A stretch of DNA of 64,000 nt, from the NCBI GenBank assembly GCA_020184695.1, contig JAANOX010000032.1, forward strand, positions 282,450-346,449, written 5' to 3'. Below the pieces are notes generated by a model. The model was not told the DNA's origin. It made no database searches and worked only from the letters and a program-made list of their open reading frames with translations. Below, in pieces: positions 20,348 to 31,460 of this stretch. The position numbers and the translations under genes are program-made. The DNA is from Histomonas meleagridis 2922-C6/04-290x (Eukaryota > Protista > Parabasalia). The first letter of the stretch is position 1. The number at the start of each line of letters is the position of its first letter.

Positions 20348-22219
20348 CTAATCGTACCTTTTCACGTCGAGTCCAGTTTTCAGGGGTGGTTTCTTGCGAA
20401 CGTTAGTGTAACCGTTAATTATATTTTCGACCGTTTCCGTATCGTCTTCGTTAATTGTATCGTTCCAGTTTTCAATTGTATCGGTTTTCCTTTTCAATGG
20501 TTCAATTTGTTCTGGGACGATAAGTTTTTTCTTTTTCTTTTCTGGTAATTTTGTGTTTGGTGACGGTTGTACCTGTTTAATATTTGAGAGGATATTTTGA
20601 CACAATTTGATCAAATTTATTTGTATTTCAATGGTTAACATTTGAGGAGTTGAAAGCATTGTTGATGCAAGCGGAACAACATTTTCTAAAGATGTTTCTA
20701 TTGTTAAATTTAACTTTCCAAGTAATGTCATAATTGCATTAGCGACGTCATCAGACGGCAATTTTCTCCATGTTTCAGTGATCTGTGGTAATGTTAAATT
20801 CGCAAAAGTGTTATGATTCACTTTACATAAACAATCTCCAAGTGAAACAATTGAACTTGATACAATTCGTGTGTCGTCTGAACTTGAGATGAATTCAGTT
20901 AGTTTGGGAATTACTGACTTTTGTATTGATTTGGAATCTAATGTCTTTACTATCAATGGTAAATTCTTAATTGCTGTGTTATGAAGTCGAATGTCATTTG
21001 AGTTTAACGCTTCTCTAAAGATGGGGAAAATGACTTTGTAATGTTGCTCTGGTTCTGTTTTATCAATGAGGATTTTGAGGATAGAAAAAACTGATAACAT
21101 AAGTTCGGGTGGTTTCGTTAATACTAGAAAACTACTAAATTTAGATAGGATTTCATTGTTAAAGTCTCTCTTACTATAGAATGATGCTCCTTGGAAAATA
21201 AGTGGTATAGTAACAGGTGCATATCGTGTGTCAGATAAGGTCTCATTAATAAAGACTGGCATGAATTTATACCGAATCATTCGATGTGAAAATATGCTTA
21301 AGGATTGCGTAAGAGACTTAAAGAAGTTAAACTTTTCGGCTGCTGCTTTAACAATGATTTCATCGAAGTAACGATAGACTTTGATGTGGATGGAATTGAA
21401 TGCTTCTGAATTTTCTAAGGACGATAGAGTCGGGCGGTTTTCTGGATCAAATGCCAAACAAGATTTAATTGTGCTTACAATCGATTGTGTTGCATGTGGG
21501 AGTGTTAAAACAATGTCATTACTTAGTTGACTAAGATAGTCATCAGGTGATTTACTTGAAAAAAGTGGTTTCTTGAGATAAGCAGATGCAATTGTAACAC
21601 CAAAACTAAAGATATCTGATTTGGTTGTAATGTCTTTGTTAGAAATAAGTTCGGGTGATGAAAAATTAAGGTTGGGATAAGTAGATAAATTCTTCCATTT
21701 GCCAAATATAGGTTTTATAAGAGAAGTTTCATCTGAAATTGGTGATGAAAAATTAAAAGAGTTTAATTTAACTGTTAAATCTTTGGTAAGAAAAATTGCA
21801 TTAGGATTAATTCCTAAATGTGAAATTTTGGCATTATTATGAAGAAAAGATAATACAGATATTAATTGTTTTCCGATATATTCAATTTCGTCACCAGTTA
21901 AATCATTTTCATTGGTTAAACTTGAACATATTGTTTCAGAAACAAATGCAGGTTGCCTAGAGTTTTCATCAAACTCAATGATTTTCAAGATATTAGGATG
22001 ATGAAGTTTTCGAATTTGCTGTATCGAATAAATACATGATGAAATATATTTGTCACAATCTTCTTTTGGTATGTTGTTTGAAATCATTAATTGTTCATCA
22101 AAAATCCAAATTGTAACATTTTCCCCAGTGCTTTTCCTAATTGCTGTGTGAACTTTCCAAAAGTCAGATATAAACACAGGCGTAATTAAATCATAGTTAG
22201 CGGAAAAGCCTGATCCCAT
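20348..22219 (-). CDS. SCY1-like (SCYL2/CVAK104-type) pseudokinase with HEAT repeats
   Basis: MGSG N-terminus, kinase fold lacking catalytic motifs (LHHPNIL; SDIFSFG), then HEAT repeats. Confidence 0.85.
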   Translation of the reverse strand: MGSGFSANYDLITPVFISDFWKVHTAIRKSTGENVTIWIFDEQLMISNNIPKEDCDKYISSCIYSIQQIRKLHHPNILKIIEFDENSRQPAFVSETICSSLTNENDLTGDEIEYIGKQLISVLSFLHNNAKISHLGINPNAIFLTKDLTVKLNSFNFSSPISDETSLIKPIFGKWKNLSTYPNLNFSSPELISNKDITTKSDIFSFGVTIASAYLKKPLFSSKSPDDYLSQLSNDIVLTLPHATQSIVSTIKSCLAFDPENRPTLSSLENSEAFNSIHIKVYRYFDEIIVKAAAEKFNFFKSLTQSLSIFSHRMIRYKFMPVFINETLSDTRYAPVTIPLIFQGASFYSKRDFNNEILSKFSSFLVLTKPPELMLSVFSILKILIDKTEPEQHYKVIFPIFREALNSNDIRLHNTAIKNLPLIVKTLDSKSIQKSVIPKLTEFISSSDDTRIVSSSIVSLGDCLCKVNHNTFANLTLPQITETWRKLPSDDVANAIMTLLGKLNLTIETSLENVVPLASTMLSTPQMLTIEIQINLIKLCQNILSNIKQVQPSPNTKLPEKKKKKLIVPEQIEPLKRKTDTIENWNDTINEDDTETVENIINGYTNVRKKPPLKTGLDVKRYD

Positions 22220-22282
22220 TTAATACAATTGTGAATGAAATTTTCTGCCAAAATATTGTGAGAAAATATTTTAGTCATCCTG

Positions 22283-23329
22283 ATGGAACAATATCAAAAA
22301 ATTGCTCTTCAAGAGCAACATTTACTAAATCAAATCCATCAACAGGAACAAAGACTAGCAGAACTTATTGAAGAAAATAATTCTTTGGAATCTGGTTATT
22401 TACATCAAAAAATTAAATATTTCAAAGAAGAAAGACCAATTTTATTACATAATCTTATGACAGAAATAGAATCAGAAACACTACAAAATTCACCATTTGC
22501 TAATTCTGATTTATTAATTGAATCAATTAATCAATATAATACTAAAAAAGAATTATTAGATATAGAAAATACACAACTTTCTGAATATGTTGATTCCCAG
22601 CGAAATGAATTATTATCTCTCCTCAAACAATTTCGAGAACCAGAACAACCGAAAATAATAATTAAACCACCAGACACAAGTTGTTCCACAGAAGTTGAGC
22701 AACTAGCACGTCAAATTGCTCAAGAAATTGACAAAGTCTCCGAGGATGATCTTGTTAAATATTTAGCACGAGGTCCATCTGATGGATCACAAGAAGTCAC
22801 CATTGAAAAGGCCAAAGAGCTAGGACAACTAAATTACAGTCTCAAGTGCTCTAGTACAGCCACCAATCTCATGCAAACACTTATATCTCGAATCCAACAA
22901 ATTGACATTCAAGTTCAAGATACCATTGATGAACAACATATGCAACTTTTAAACACCCTAGACAATGCCACCAATGTAATGAATGGTTTATTGCATGAAG
23001 ATGAGTTTTCTGGCGCTGATTCCAACGAAGACAATTGGAAATATTTGGAATCACTCGAGGAAGACGTTAAGTTGATGCGAAAACGGCTTTTGGCAGCGGT
23101 TAGTGACGGTTCGAAGATTCAAATCCCATCAGAAATGGTCGATACAGAAAGAGAGAAATCTGTTTTAAATCATTGTTTAGAAGTACTTAAAGAATCGAAT
23201 GCAAAAATGATTGAGCATTTACATAATTTAACTGAACAAGGAATTGTTGATTATCAAATACATAGCGAAGACGAAGTGAAACAAATAATTGCACAATATA
23301 ATGAAATGAAGTTAAGGAGTGGTGAGTAA
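22283..23329 (+). CDS. Coiled-coil hypothetical protein
   Basis: 348-aa ORF, head-to-head with SCYL across 63 bp. Confidence 0.75.
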   Translation: MEQYQKIALQEQHLLNQIHQQEQRLAELIEENNSLESGYLHQKIKYFKEERPILLHNLMTEIESETLQNSPFANSDLLIESINQYNTKKELLDIENTQLSEYVDSQRNELLSLLKQFREPEQPKIIIKPPDTSCSTEVEQLARQIAQEIDKVSEDDLVKYLARGPSDGSQEVTIEKAKELGQLNYSLKCSSTATNLMQTLISRIQQIDIQVQDTIDEQHMQLLNTLDNATNVMNGLLHEDEFSGADSNEDNWKYLESLEEDVKLMRKRLLAAVSDGSKIQIPSEMVDTEREKSVLNHCLEVLKESNAKMIEHLHNLTEQGIVDYQIHSEDEVKQIIAQYNEMKLRSGE

Positions 23330-23823
23330 TAATAAAGTTTATATATTTTTGTTTTCTTTACGAATTGTAATGCTAAAAAAGTTGCTGTAAATTTCGACTT
23401 TTTGAATATGATTTCAATCAAAACCGATCAAAAGTGTCACGGCCAATAAATTGGATTAATTAATAAATTACATTAAAATTATGTAAATTTACATTAAAAT
23501 TCAATTTGTACTCCAAACGATCAAAACAAGGCAAAGAACCAATTGGTTATGATTTCTGTCCGTGCTTGGAGTGACACTCACATATATGATATAGCATTCA
23601 GATCTCGTTTTGAATCGAAAAAGTAGCGCTATAAAATTTTGGAAATGTAACAAAGAATAAATATAATTTTATTTGCGCAAATTTGATTTGACATAACGGT
23701 AGTTTATTATATTTTGGGATCAATTCCATAATTACTAAAATTTTGCATATTTAAATTCATTAAAAATTTCATACGAAAGACATTAAAATATAAATAAAAA
23801 TGCAGCTTAATAAATTAATTTAA

Positions 23824-26800
23824 TCAAAGGTCGTCAATTTCATTTACTTCTTCTACCGGCGCATCGTCCTTTTGATTCTTATTTCGGTAATAAATCCATC
23901 CGCCGACAGCAGCAGCCACAATAATAACCACAAGCGGAACTGTAACGCCCACAGCTATAGCAGTCGTATTACTATTGTCAGATTGGTCGTTATCATTACT
24001 ATTAACTCTGGTACCAGAGTTATAATAAGGATAATCAGTGTTATAAGTCATTGTATTAGTTTTAACCAAATCTCCAATTATATTTGGACATTGATCAATT
24101 GAAACGCCCTTTGATACATTTTTATCACCGAATGTCTCACCAAAATATGAAGCGATTGTATTCACTTTTCTTAAAAAGGTTGAACCATAAAATGCATCAT
24201 CGTGAACATTTGGACTAGAATTTCCTAAATAGTAAACGCACATTATATTTTCACAATTATAAAATGCATACTTTTCGATAAATCGAATTTCAGCATTAAG
24301 GATAACTGTTTCTAATTCATTACAATGTGAAAATGCATATGTTTCTAATGTTTCAATTGTGCTTGGAAGTGTTATATTTGTAAAAATACATGATTCAAAT
24401 GCCTCACCACCAAATTTTAGCAATTTACCGAAATTAACTTCCTTTAAACTATTACAACCACAAAATGTACCATATAAAGATGTAACATTATCAGGTATTG
24501 TAACACTTGATAAAAGAATACATCCCAAAAATGCATAATCTCCAAGTGAATATAAATTTTTGCCAAATTTAACTGTTTCCAAGTTTTTACAATATTGGAA
24601 TGCATTATCATAAACAGCATAAACTGTTTCCAAATTAAGATGAACAACTGCACAAGATGAAAATGCATAAATTGAAATAGTAGAAATGTTTCTTAAATTA
24701 ATTGTAACCAATGAATAACAAGAATAAAATGAACTTTGACCAAGACCTTCACATGAAGCTGGAATATCAATACTCTTTAATGATCTACAATAAGCAAAAG
24801 CCTCATGACCAATTCTTTTAAGATTTTTTCCAAAATTAACTTCTATCATATTTCCATTATAACATACTTTTTCATTAATCTGAGTAACTTTATCACCAAA
24901 TGTTAAATATAATAATCTAAATTTGGTAGATGAAAGTATTTCATTTTGTACAGAATATGATGGAGTAAGAATTGTTAAATTTGTTAAATTGTTACAGATA
25001 ACATTATCATTATGAATTTTTACGACATTTTCTCCAATTACAAATGATTTTAATAATGGTAATTCCATCCTATCAATATTAGTAATTTTGTTTCCTAAAA
25101 TTAAATGTATTATATTTTTTCCAACCATTTGAGCTAAGTTTCTTTGGTTTATGTGTGGACTCTTTAATGTAAGATTTTTAATGTTCGAAGAACTAAACAC
25201 ATAACTCAAGGAAGAATTTACATTTTCGCCAATGACAAGATTATGTAATGGACAATCAAAAAATGCGCCATATTCAATTGAATATACTGAATCTGGTATT
25301 ATAAAAGATGTTAAATTTGAACATCCGGAAAATGCTTGAGAGCTAATTGATTGTATTTTATTTCCAAGTGTAACTGTATGTAATGAAGAACATTCTGAAA
25401 ACAAACTTGAACCAATACTAGTTACTGAATCTGGAATATTGATGCTTGTTAGATTTGTACATTGATAAAATGCATAATTACCAATTGATGTTACACTGTT
25501 TCCAAATAATACTGTTTTCAGGTTTGAAAAATACATAAATCCTCCATCAATTGATCCCCCTCCAAGATAAACATATTCTAAAGATTTTTGGAAAGAACTA
25601 GTTATTTTAACATAATGCGAACTCAAATATGTTAAATTTCGAACATTATAACAACCAGAAAATGAATTTTTATCAATTTCTTTTACATTTTTGCCAATAA
25701 TAATAGTTTCCAATGAAGAACAACCTGAAAACGCGGACACTTTAATTGTAGTAACTGAATCTGGGATTTTGATTACTTTTGTCATATTACAATCCATAAA
25801 TGAGTAAGAACCAATTGTTTCTAATTTTTCTCCAAAGGGAATTGTTCTTAAAGCATGGCATTGTCTAAATGCACCATAATCAATCAAAATGATTGAATCA
25901 GGAAAATTGATGTTCATCAAACTTGTACACCCTTCAAATACATTTTCACTAAATATTCTTAATTTCCCTTCAATATTAACTGTTTTTAAATTATAACATC
26001 TTTTGAATGCTTCAGAACCAATTGAGATAACTGAATCTGGAATTGTGATACTTACTAAACTATTACACATGAAAAACGTAAGATTACCAATTGTTTTAAC
26101 ATTGTTACCAATTTTCACTGATTCTAATGAAGAACATTCATAAAATGTTTCAGGATGAATTGTGATAATCAAATCTGAAATGTTGAAATTTGTTAAAGCA
26201 TTACATTTATAAAATGCACCTTTACCAATTGTTTCAACTTTGTTTCCAATACCAACAGTTTTTAAAGCAATACAAGAATAAAATGCCTCAGAACCAATTG
26301 TTTCAACTTTATTTCCAATACCAATTTCTTTTAAAGCAATACAAGAATAAAATGCCTCAGAACCAATTGTTTCTATATTTTGTCCATTTATAACTGTTTC
26401 TAATGAAGAACAAGAACTAAATGTAGATCCAATCGAAATAACTGAATCCGGAATTGTGATACTTACTAAATTATTACACTTGGAAAACGTAAGATTACCA
26501 ATTGTTTTAACATTGTTACCAATTTTCACTGATTCTAATAAAGAACATTCATAAAATACTTTAGAACCAATTGAGATAACTGAATCCGGAATTGTGATAC
26601 TTACTAAATTATTACATTTGGAAAACGTAAGATCACCAATTGTTTTAACATTGTTACCAATTTTCACTGATTTTAATGAAGAACATTCATAATATACTTC
26701 AGAACCAATTGAGATAACTGAATCTGGGATTGTGATATTTTCAAAACCACATTTACGAAAAGCTCCATCAGAAATTATTTTTAATTTTTTCCCAATGATA

Positions 26801-29415
26801 ACTGTATCTAATATATAACAATAGCTAAATGAATAATCACCAATGAAAATAACTGAATCTGGAATTATAATACTCTTCAATTGTTTGCAATATGAAAATG
26901 CATAATTTCCAATACTTTCCAATATATCTCCAAAAATAAAAGCTTTTAATAAATAACAGTTTTCAAAAGCATAATTACCAATTGAAATTATTGAACTTAG
27001 ATTTGGAATATTTTCTAGTTTTTCACACGAATAAAATGACGACCTACCAATCACCTCTACATTTTTTTCAAAGTTAATTGTTTTCAATGATAGGCAATCA
27101 CAAAATGAACCATTATTAATTATTCTAAGTTGATTTCCAATATTAACTTCAATTAATCCATCACAACTTTGAAATACATAGGTACCAATTGAAATTACTG
27201 AATCTGGAATTTCAATTTTTTCTAATTTTTGACTAGAAGAAAATGCACGATCACCAATTGTTTTAAGTTTATTTCCAAATGTGATTGTATGAAGACGAGA
27301 ATTTTCAAATGCACGTTCACCAATTGTCTCCACATTGTCTCCAAATGTAAGTGTTTGCAACAAATTACATCTACAAAATGCATATTTACCAATTGTTGTT
27401 ACATTATTTCCAAATATAAATGTTCGTAATGAAGAACATAAATAAAATGCATAATTTCCAATTGATATCACTGAATCTGAAATTGTTATATTTATTATAA
27501 CTTCACATGAATAAAATCCATAATCTGAAATCATTAAAATAGAATTTGAAATTTCAACTGTTTCATTTGGAATTCCTGCTGGATATAAAATAATTGATTT
27601 TTTATCTTTGCTATAAAGAATACCATCATCGTTACAATTAGAAAAGTTTTGATTCTTTTCAGATACGATTATTTTTTGAAGACTTGAGCAATAGAAAAAT
27701 GCATCATGGCCAATTATTTCTACTTTTTCTCCTAAAGTAATATTTATCAATGAATAACATTCATAAAATACATTATAACCAATTGAAATTACTGAATCTG
27801 GAATTTCAATATATTCTAATTCAGAACAAGAATAAAATGTTTCATTAAGGATAGTTTTGAGTTTATTTCCAAATGTAATTGTTTGTAATTTACAGAAACT
27901 AAATGCGCTTTCGCCAATTACTTCCACATTTTTTCCAAGTGTAAGTGTTTTCAATGAAGAACATGAAGAAAATGCATATTTACCAATTGTCTTTACATTT
28001 TTTCCAAATATAAACGTTTCTAATGAAGAACACCAATAAAATGCATAATTTCCAATTGATATTACTGAATCTGAAATTGTTATACTTTTTATTTTTAGAC
28101 ATCCATCAAATGAATAATCCGAAATTATTATAATAGAATTTAAAAAATTAAAATTTTCACCTGGTTGTCCTGGTGGATAACGAATAAATGATTTTAAATC
28201 TTTGCTATAAAGAATACCATTATTATGAAAATTAGTAAAGTTTTGATTCTTTTCAGATACAATTATTTTTTGAAGACTTGAACAAGATATAAATGCATCA
28301 TGGCCAATTATTTCTACTTTTTCTCCTATAGTAATATTTATCAATGCATAACATTGGCCAAATGCTTTATTTCCAATTGAAATTACTGAATCTGGAATTT
28401 CAATATATTCTAAATTATTACAATAATAGAAAGCTTCGTCACCAATTTTTTCTACTTCGTTTCCAATAATTGAAATTGTTTTAATATTCTTAAAATGGGA
28501 AAATTGTCTTTCCACAATTTCTTTAACTTTCCCTCCAATTGTCAGGTTAATAATATTATATTGAAATATAATAGCAAATTCATTCATAAATGGACTGTTA
28601 ATTGAGAGATCACTACAACTACTATCATAAAATGAATTTTCTCCATATGACTTCACATTTTCACCAATTGATAATACTACTAAATTAGATAAACCAGAAA
28701 ATGCATTATCTCCAATTGTCTCTATTTCGCCACTAATTATTAATGTTACTAAATTAGGACATTCAGAAAATACACCTTCTTCAATTGTTTTGATTTTTCC
28801 ACCAATAAAAAGATAATTTAAAGTTGAAGAGAAATCACGAGAAAATGTCTTTTGATCTACAAATGGACTAAGCACTGTAAGATTTTGAACAGGGCTATCA
28901 ATAAATACATCATTTCCTAATTCTACTTTTTCTCCAATATAAATTTTAGTAATTTTTGTACAATCACAATATGCATAGTCACCAATTTTTTGGAGATTTT
29001 TAAGATTGAGACTTGTTAATTTGTAACAATATTGAAATGCATTTTCACCGATTGAAGTGAGTGTATCAGGAAATATGATATCTTCTAGATATATACACCG
29101 GAAAAACGAATGACTTCCAATGCTTTCTATATTATTTCCAATATATATAGTGGTTAGAATACTACAATCATTAAATGAACTATTCCCTATTGAGATTGTT
29201 GAATCCGGTAAAAAAGCCTTTTGTACTTTATCACATTTAGCAAAAGCATATGGAGGAATTTGAGTTATACCTTCATTAACATAAATATATCTCGCATATT
29301 GTTTGTTCATATCGTCAAAATCATCTGGATCTTCAACTGTAAGTGTTTTTGTTGCTTCATCATAAATTTGATATCCAAAATGGAAAAGCAAAAACAAAAA
29401 GGAAATGATTCTCAT
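23824..29415 (-). CDS. Large intact BspA-like TpLRR type I membrane protein
   Basis: Inr TCATTTTTT before ATG 29415, signal peptide MRIISFLFLLFHFG, dozens of IPDSVISIG..AF LRRs, TM IAVGVTVPLVVIIVAAAVGGWIYY and an acidic tail. Confidence 0.93.
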   Translation of the reverse strand: MRIISFLFLLFHFGYQIYDEATKTLTVEDPDDFDDMNKQYARYIYVNEGITQIPPYAFAKCDKVQKAFLPDSTISIGNSSFNDCSILTTIYIGNNIESIGSHSFFRCIYLEDIIFPDTLTSIGENAFQYCYKLTSLNLKNLQKIGDYAYCDCTKITKIYIGEKVELGNDVFIDSPVQNLTVLSPFVDQKTFSRDFSSTLNYLFIGGKIKTIEEGVFSECPNLVTLIISGEIETIGDNAFSGLSNLVVLSIGENVKSYGENSFYDSSCSDLSINSPFMNEFAIIFQYNIINLTIGGKVKEIVERQFSHFKNIKTISIIGNEVEKIGDEAFYYCNNLEYIEIPDSVISIGNKAFGQCYALINITIGEKVEIIGHDAFISCSSLQKIIVSEKNQNFTNFHNNGILYSKDLKSFIRYPPGQPGENFNFLNSIIIISDYSFDGCLKIKSITISDSVISIGNYAFYWCSSLETFIFGKNVKTIGKYAFSSCSSLKTLTLGKNVEVIGESAFSFCKLQTITFGNKLKTILNETFYSCSELEYIEIPDSVISIGYNVFYECYSLINITLGEKVEIIGHDAFFYCSSLQKIIVSEKNQNFSNCNDDGILYSKDKKSIILYPAGIPNETVEISNSILMISDYGFYSCEVIINITISDSVISIGNYAFYLCSSLRTFIFGNNVTTIGKYAFCRCNLLQTLTFGDNVETIGERAFENSRLHTITFGNKLKTIGDRAFSSSQKLEKIEIPDSVISIGTYVFQSCDGLIEVNIGNQLRIINNGSFCDCLSLKTINFEKNVEVIGRSSFYSCEKLENIPNLSSIISIGNYAFENCYLLKAFIFGDILESIGNYAFSYCKQLKSIIIPDSVIFIGDYSFSYCYILDTVIIGKKLKIISDGAFRKCGFENITIPDSVISIGSEVYYECSSLKSVKIGNNVKTIGDLTFSKCNNLVSITIPDSVISIGSKVFYECSLLESVKIGNNVKTIGNLTFSKCNNLVSITIPDSVISIGSTFSSCSSLETVINGQNIETIGSEAFYSCIALKEIGIGNKVETIGSEAFYSCIALKTVGIGNKVETIGKGAFYKCNALTNFNISDLIITIHPETFYECSSLESVKIGNNVKTIGNLTFFMCNSLVSITIPDSVISIGSEAFKRCYNLKTVNIEGKLRIFSENVFEGCTSLMNINFPDSIILIDYGAFRQCHALRTIPFGEKLETIGSYSFMDCNMTKVIKIPDSVTTIKVSAFSGCSSLETIIIGKNVKEIDKNSFSGCYNVRNLTYLSSHYVKITSSFQKSLEYVYLGGGSIDGGFMYFSNLKTVLFGNSVTSIGNYAFYQCTNLTSINIPDSVTSIGSSLFSECSSLHTVTLGNKIQSISSQAFSGCSNLTSFIIPDSVYSIEYGAFFDCPLHNLVIGENVNSSLSYVFSSSNIKNLTLKSPHINQRNLAQMVGKNIIHLILGNKITNIDRMELPLLKSFVIGENVVKIHNDNVICNNLTNLTILTPSYSVQNEILSSTKFRLLYLTFGDKVTQINEKVCYNGNMIEVNFGKNLKRIGHEAFAYCRSLKSIDIPASCEGLGQSSFYSCYSLVTINLRNISTISIYAFSSCAVVHLNLETVYAVYDNAFQYCKNLETVKFGKNLYSLGDYAFLGCILLSSVTIPDNVTSLYGTFCGCNSLKEVNFGKLLKFGGEAFESCIFTNITLPSTIETLETYAFSHCNELETVILNAEIRFIEKYAFYNCENIMCVYYLGNSSPNVHDDAFYGSTFLRKVNTIASYFGETFGDKNVSKGVSIDQCPNIIGDLVKTNTMTYNTDYPYYNSGTRVNSNDNDQSDNSNTTAIAVGVTVPLVVIIVAAAVGGWIYYRNKNQKDDAPVEEVNEIDDL
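26010..26740 (-). repeat. Near-identical 69/138-bp LRR unit duplications inside BspA
   Basis: Units such as GAACCAATTGAGATAACTGAATC...ATTTTCACTGATT recur at about 26011, 26430, 26565 and 26700. Confidence 0.85.
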
Positions 29416-29859
29416 AAAAAATGAAATTATTGCCAGGCTATATTTATTTGTGCCAGTTAAAATAGTCAAGATGGCAAACAAACTCCTACAATATTTCGAA
29501 AACCGCATAATGAATATTAATATAATTCTTTGATAATGCTACCATACATATATCATTTTATAGTTGAGAATATAATCTAATAATTAAATATATATCTCAG
29601 AAAATATCAATTTGATCTGTTCTGAATAAACAATATTGAATATTGAATACTCCTTGAAAAAAATTACCCGAAAACTCTTAAAATTTGATTACTTTTGAAC
29701 GAAATTCAATGGTTTATCCTCAAGGTTTTCGGGTTCAGCAAGCTGGCTGAAAAATCAAAATAAAGCATTGAATTATAGTATTGGAAGCTGATTTTTTTAT
29801 TCAATTTAGGAGGACCTGTTAGAGAGAAATATTAATATTCAACCTTTTGTTGAATAAAA

Positions 29860-29950
29860 TTTATAGCTTGGCAGTATAATCCTTTTTTGCACGTTAAATG
29901 CCATTGGTTCGAATCCCGATATTGGAGAAAGTTTTTTCTGTTTTTTTTTC
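29860..29950 (+). ncRNA. Degenerate tRNA-like Pol III unit (tRNA pseudogene or SINE head)
   Basis: A-box-like TAGCTTGGCAG, B-box GGTTCGAATCC and downstream T runs. The acceptor stem does not pair. Confidence 0.35.
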
Positions 29951-30463
29951 TTATTAATTTGTATTTCTAATCAATTTCTTACTAAAAAACTTATTTAGAA
30001 ATACTTTTTATTCATTATGATATATGTAAAACATTGTTAATTATGTTAAATTGTAATTTAGTTTTATTTTATAATCCTAATAAAATATTCATATAAAATT
30101 TAGGGAAAAAAATCATAAAAAACATATATATTTATAATATTTACATATATTAATAAATATATTTTTATTTACTACAATTTTAAAATCTTTAATAATCCAA
30201 TAAATCAATTTTAATATTTTATATCATTGTTGTAATCACTTTTTGAATGTAATTCAAATATTTGAGAAAATATTTTGTCGGTGAATGGGATTAAATTTTA
30301 CAACGTTTGTGTTTTATTTATGATATATACAGATTTTTGGATTGATTTCTGAAACAAGCCCACAAATTAAAACATTTTTTTTTTGTCAAATGAAAGCTTC
30401 ATTTTTATAATCCAAATGAAAAGCATTTATAATTTTCTATTTTATTAAATAAATAACATATGT

Positions 30464-31207
30464 TTATATCGGAGCCGTTTTTGAAAAAGATCTCAATGTT
30501 TTCATATGTTTTGGCTTCCTTAACTGTTTGTTCCGCTCAAATCGCTCCAGCTCTCCATGCCAATGAAGTTGAAGTGTTTTCATCTCTTCTTGTTGCGCAG
30601 CAATGACTTTGTTCCTTTGTCGAGTGAGTGCATCATTTCTTTCTCTCATGCGACGTTTTTGTTCAAGTTCTTCAAGTAAAGAAGCATTTGACTTTGTGCT
30701 AAGTTGAGGATTTTTGATGCTTCGAAGAGTTATCGTGGCCGATGAAGAACGATTCTTTTTGGCTATTGAAGAATTTTTCTTGAGTTCTGAATTTTGACGT
30801 GACCGAAGGTCATCAAGCTCACTATTCCGTATCTCTATAAGTCGTTCCTTCTCAAGGTTGTAGAAATATTCCGATGTTTGTGAATCATACTGATCTAGAA
30901 ATTCCCTAGATTTTATTTTGGATGTCATTAACATAGGAGGAGTGCATGGCTGATACTCATTGTTTTCTAATGGAATTGCTGATAAATGGAGAGATTTGAT
31001 TAAATTCGAGATATTATTTGCAAGCGTTATCTTACCAGAAAATGTTGCCTCCTTTTTCATTGCAGAAAGAGGTGAGAGTAATAAAGGGTGTATTGTAATA
31101 GGAACATCTGTAATTGTTAAAGATCCAGTAACTAACTCGGATGCAATTTGACGAGGCTTTTTATCTGTAAAATAGGATTTGGAGGCAACAATGTTTGTGC
31201 TTTCCAT
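30464..31207 (-). CDS. Hypothetical protein with basic coiled-coil C-terminus
   Basis: Inr TCATTCATTT precedes ATG 31207 (MESTNIVASK...). 247 aa. Confidence 0.75.
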   Translation of the reverse strand: MESTNIVASKSYFTDKKPRQIASELVTGSLTITDVPITIHPLLLSPLSAMKKEATFSGKITLANNISNLIKSLHLSAIPLENNEYQPCTPPMLMTSKIKSREFLDQYDSQTSEYFYNLEKERLIEIRNSELDDLRSRQNSELKKNSSIAKKNRSSSATITLRSIKNPQLSTKSNASLLEELEQKRRMRERNDALTRQRNKVIAAQQEEMKTLQLHWHGELERFERNKQLRKPKHMKTLRSFSKTAPI

Positions 31208-31370
31208 TAAATGAATGAGAATTCCTCTGGAAAAAAAGATAAGCACTTTTTGAAAATAACGAACACTTTTCAATTTTGAATAACAGACGTTTAAAAATGG
31301 ATCAAATGATTTTTTAATCAAACATTTCTACATATGTAATCACATGACGAACACATAAATAATTCACGTA

Positions 31371-31460
31371 ATGGAGAGACTTGCTAGCTGGAGTGATATT
31401 GATTCAGATGAAAGCTTCACAATTTCCCTATGTTACCCAGTTCCATGTTCATTATTTTAA
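31371..31460 (+). CDS. Candidate 29-aa micropeptide MERLASWSDIDSDESFTISLCYPVPCSLF
   Basis: GC-richer ORF in AT-rich intergenic DNA, TCAC 5 nt upstream, ends in CaaX-like CSLF. Confidence 0.3.
   Translation: MERLASWSDIDSDESFTISLCYPVPCSLF

Noticed and set aside
23824-29415. Reassignment of TAA/TAG to Gln (hexamitid/ciliate-type code)
   Set aside because: Very long AT-rich ORFs (1864 and 1577 codons) have no in-frame TAA/TAG, and ubiquitin, RPL15, RPS9 and SCS end at TAA in conserved positions.
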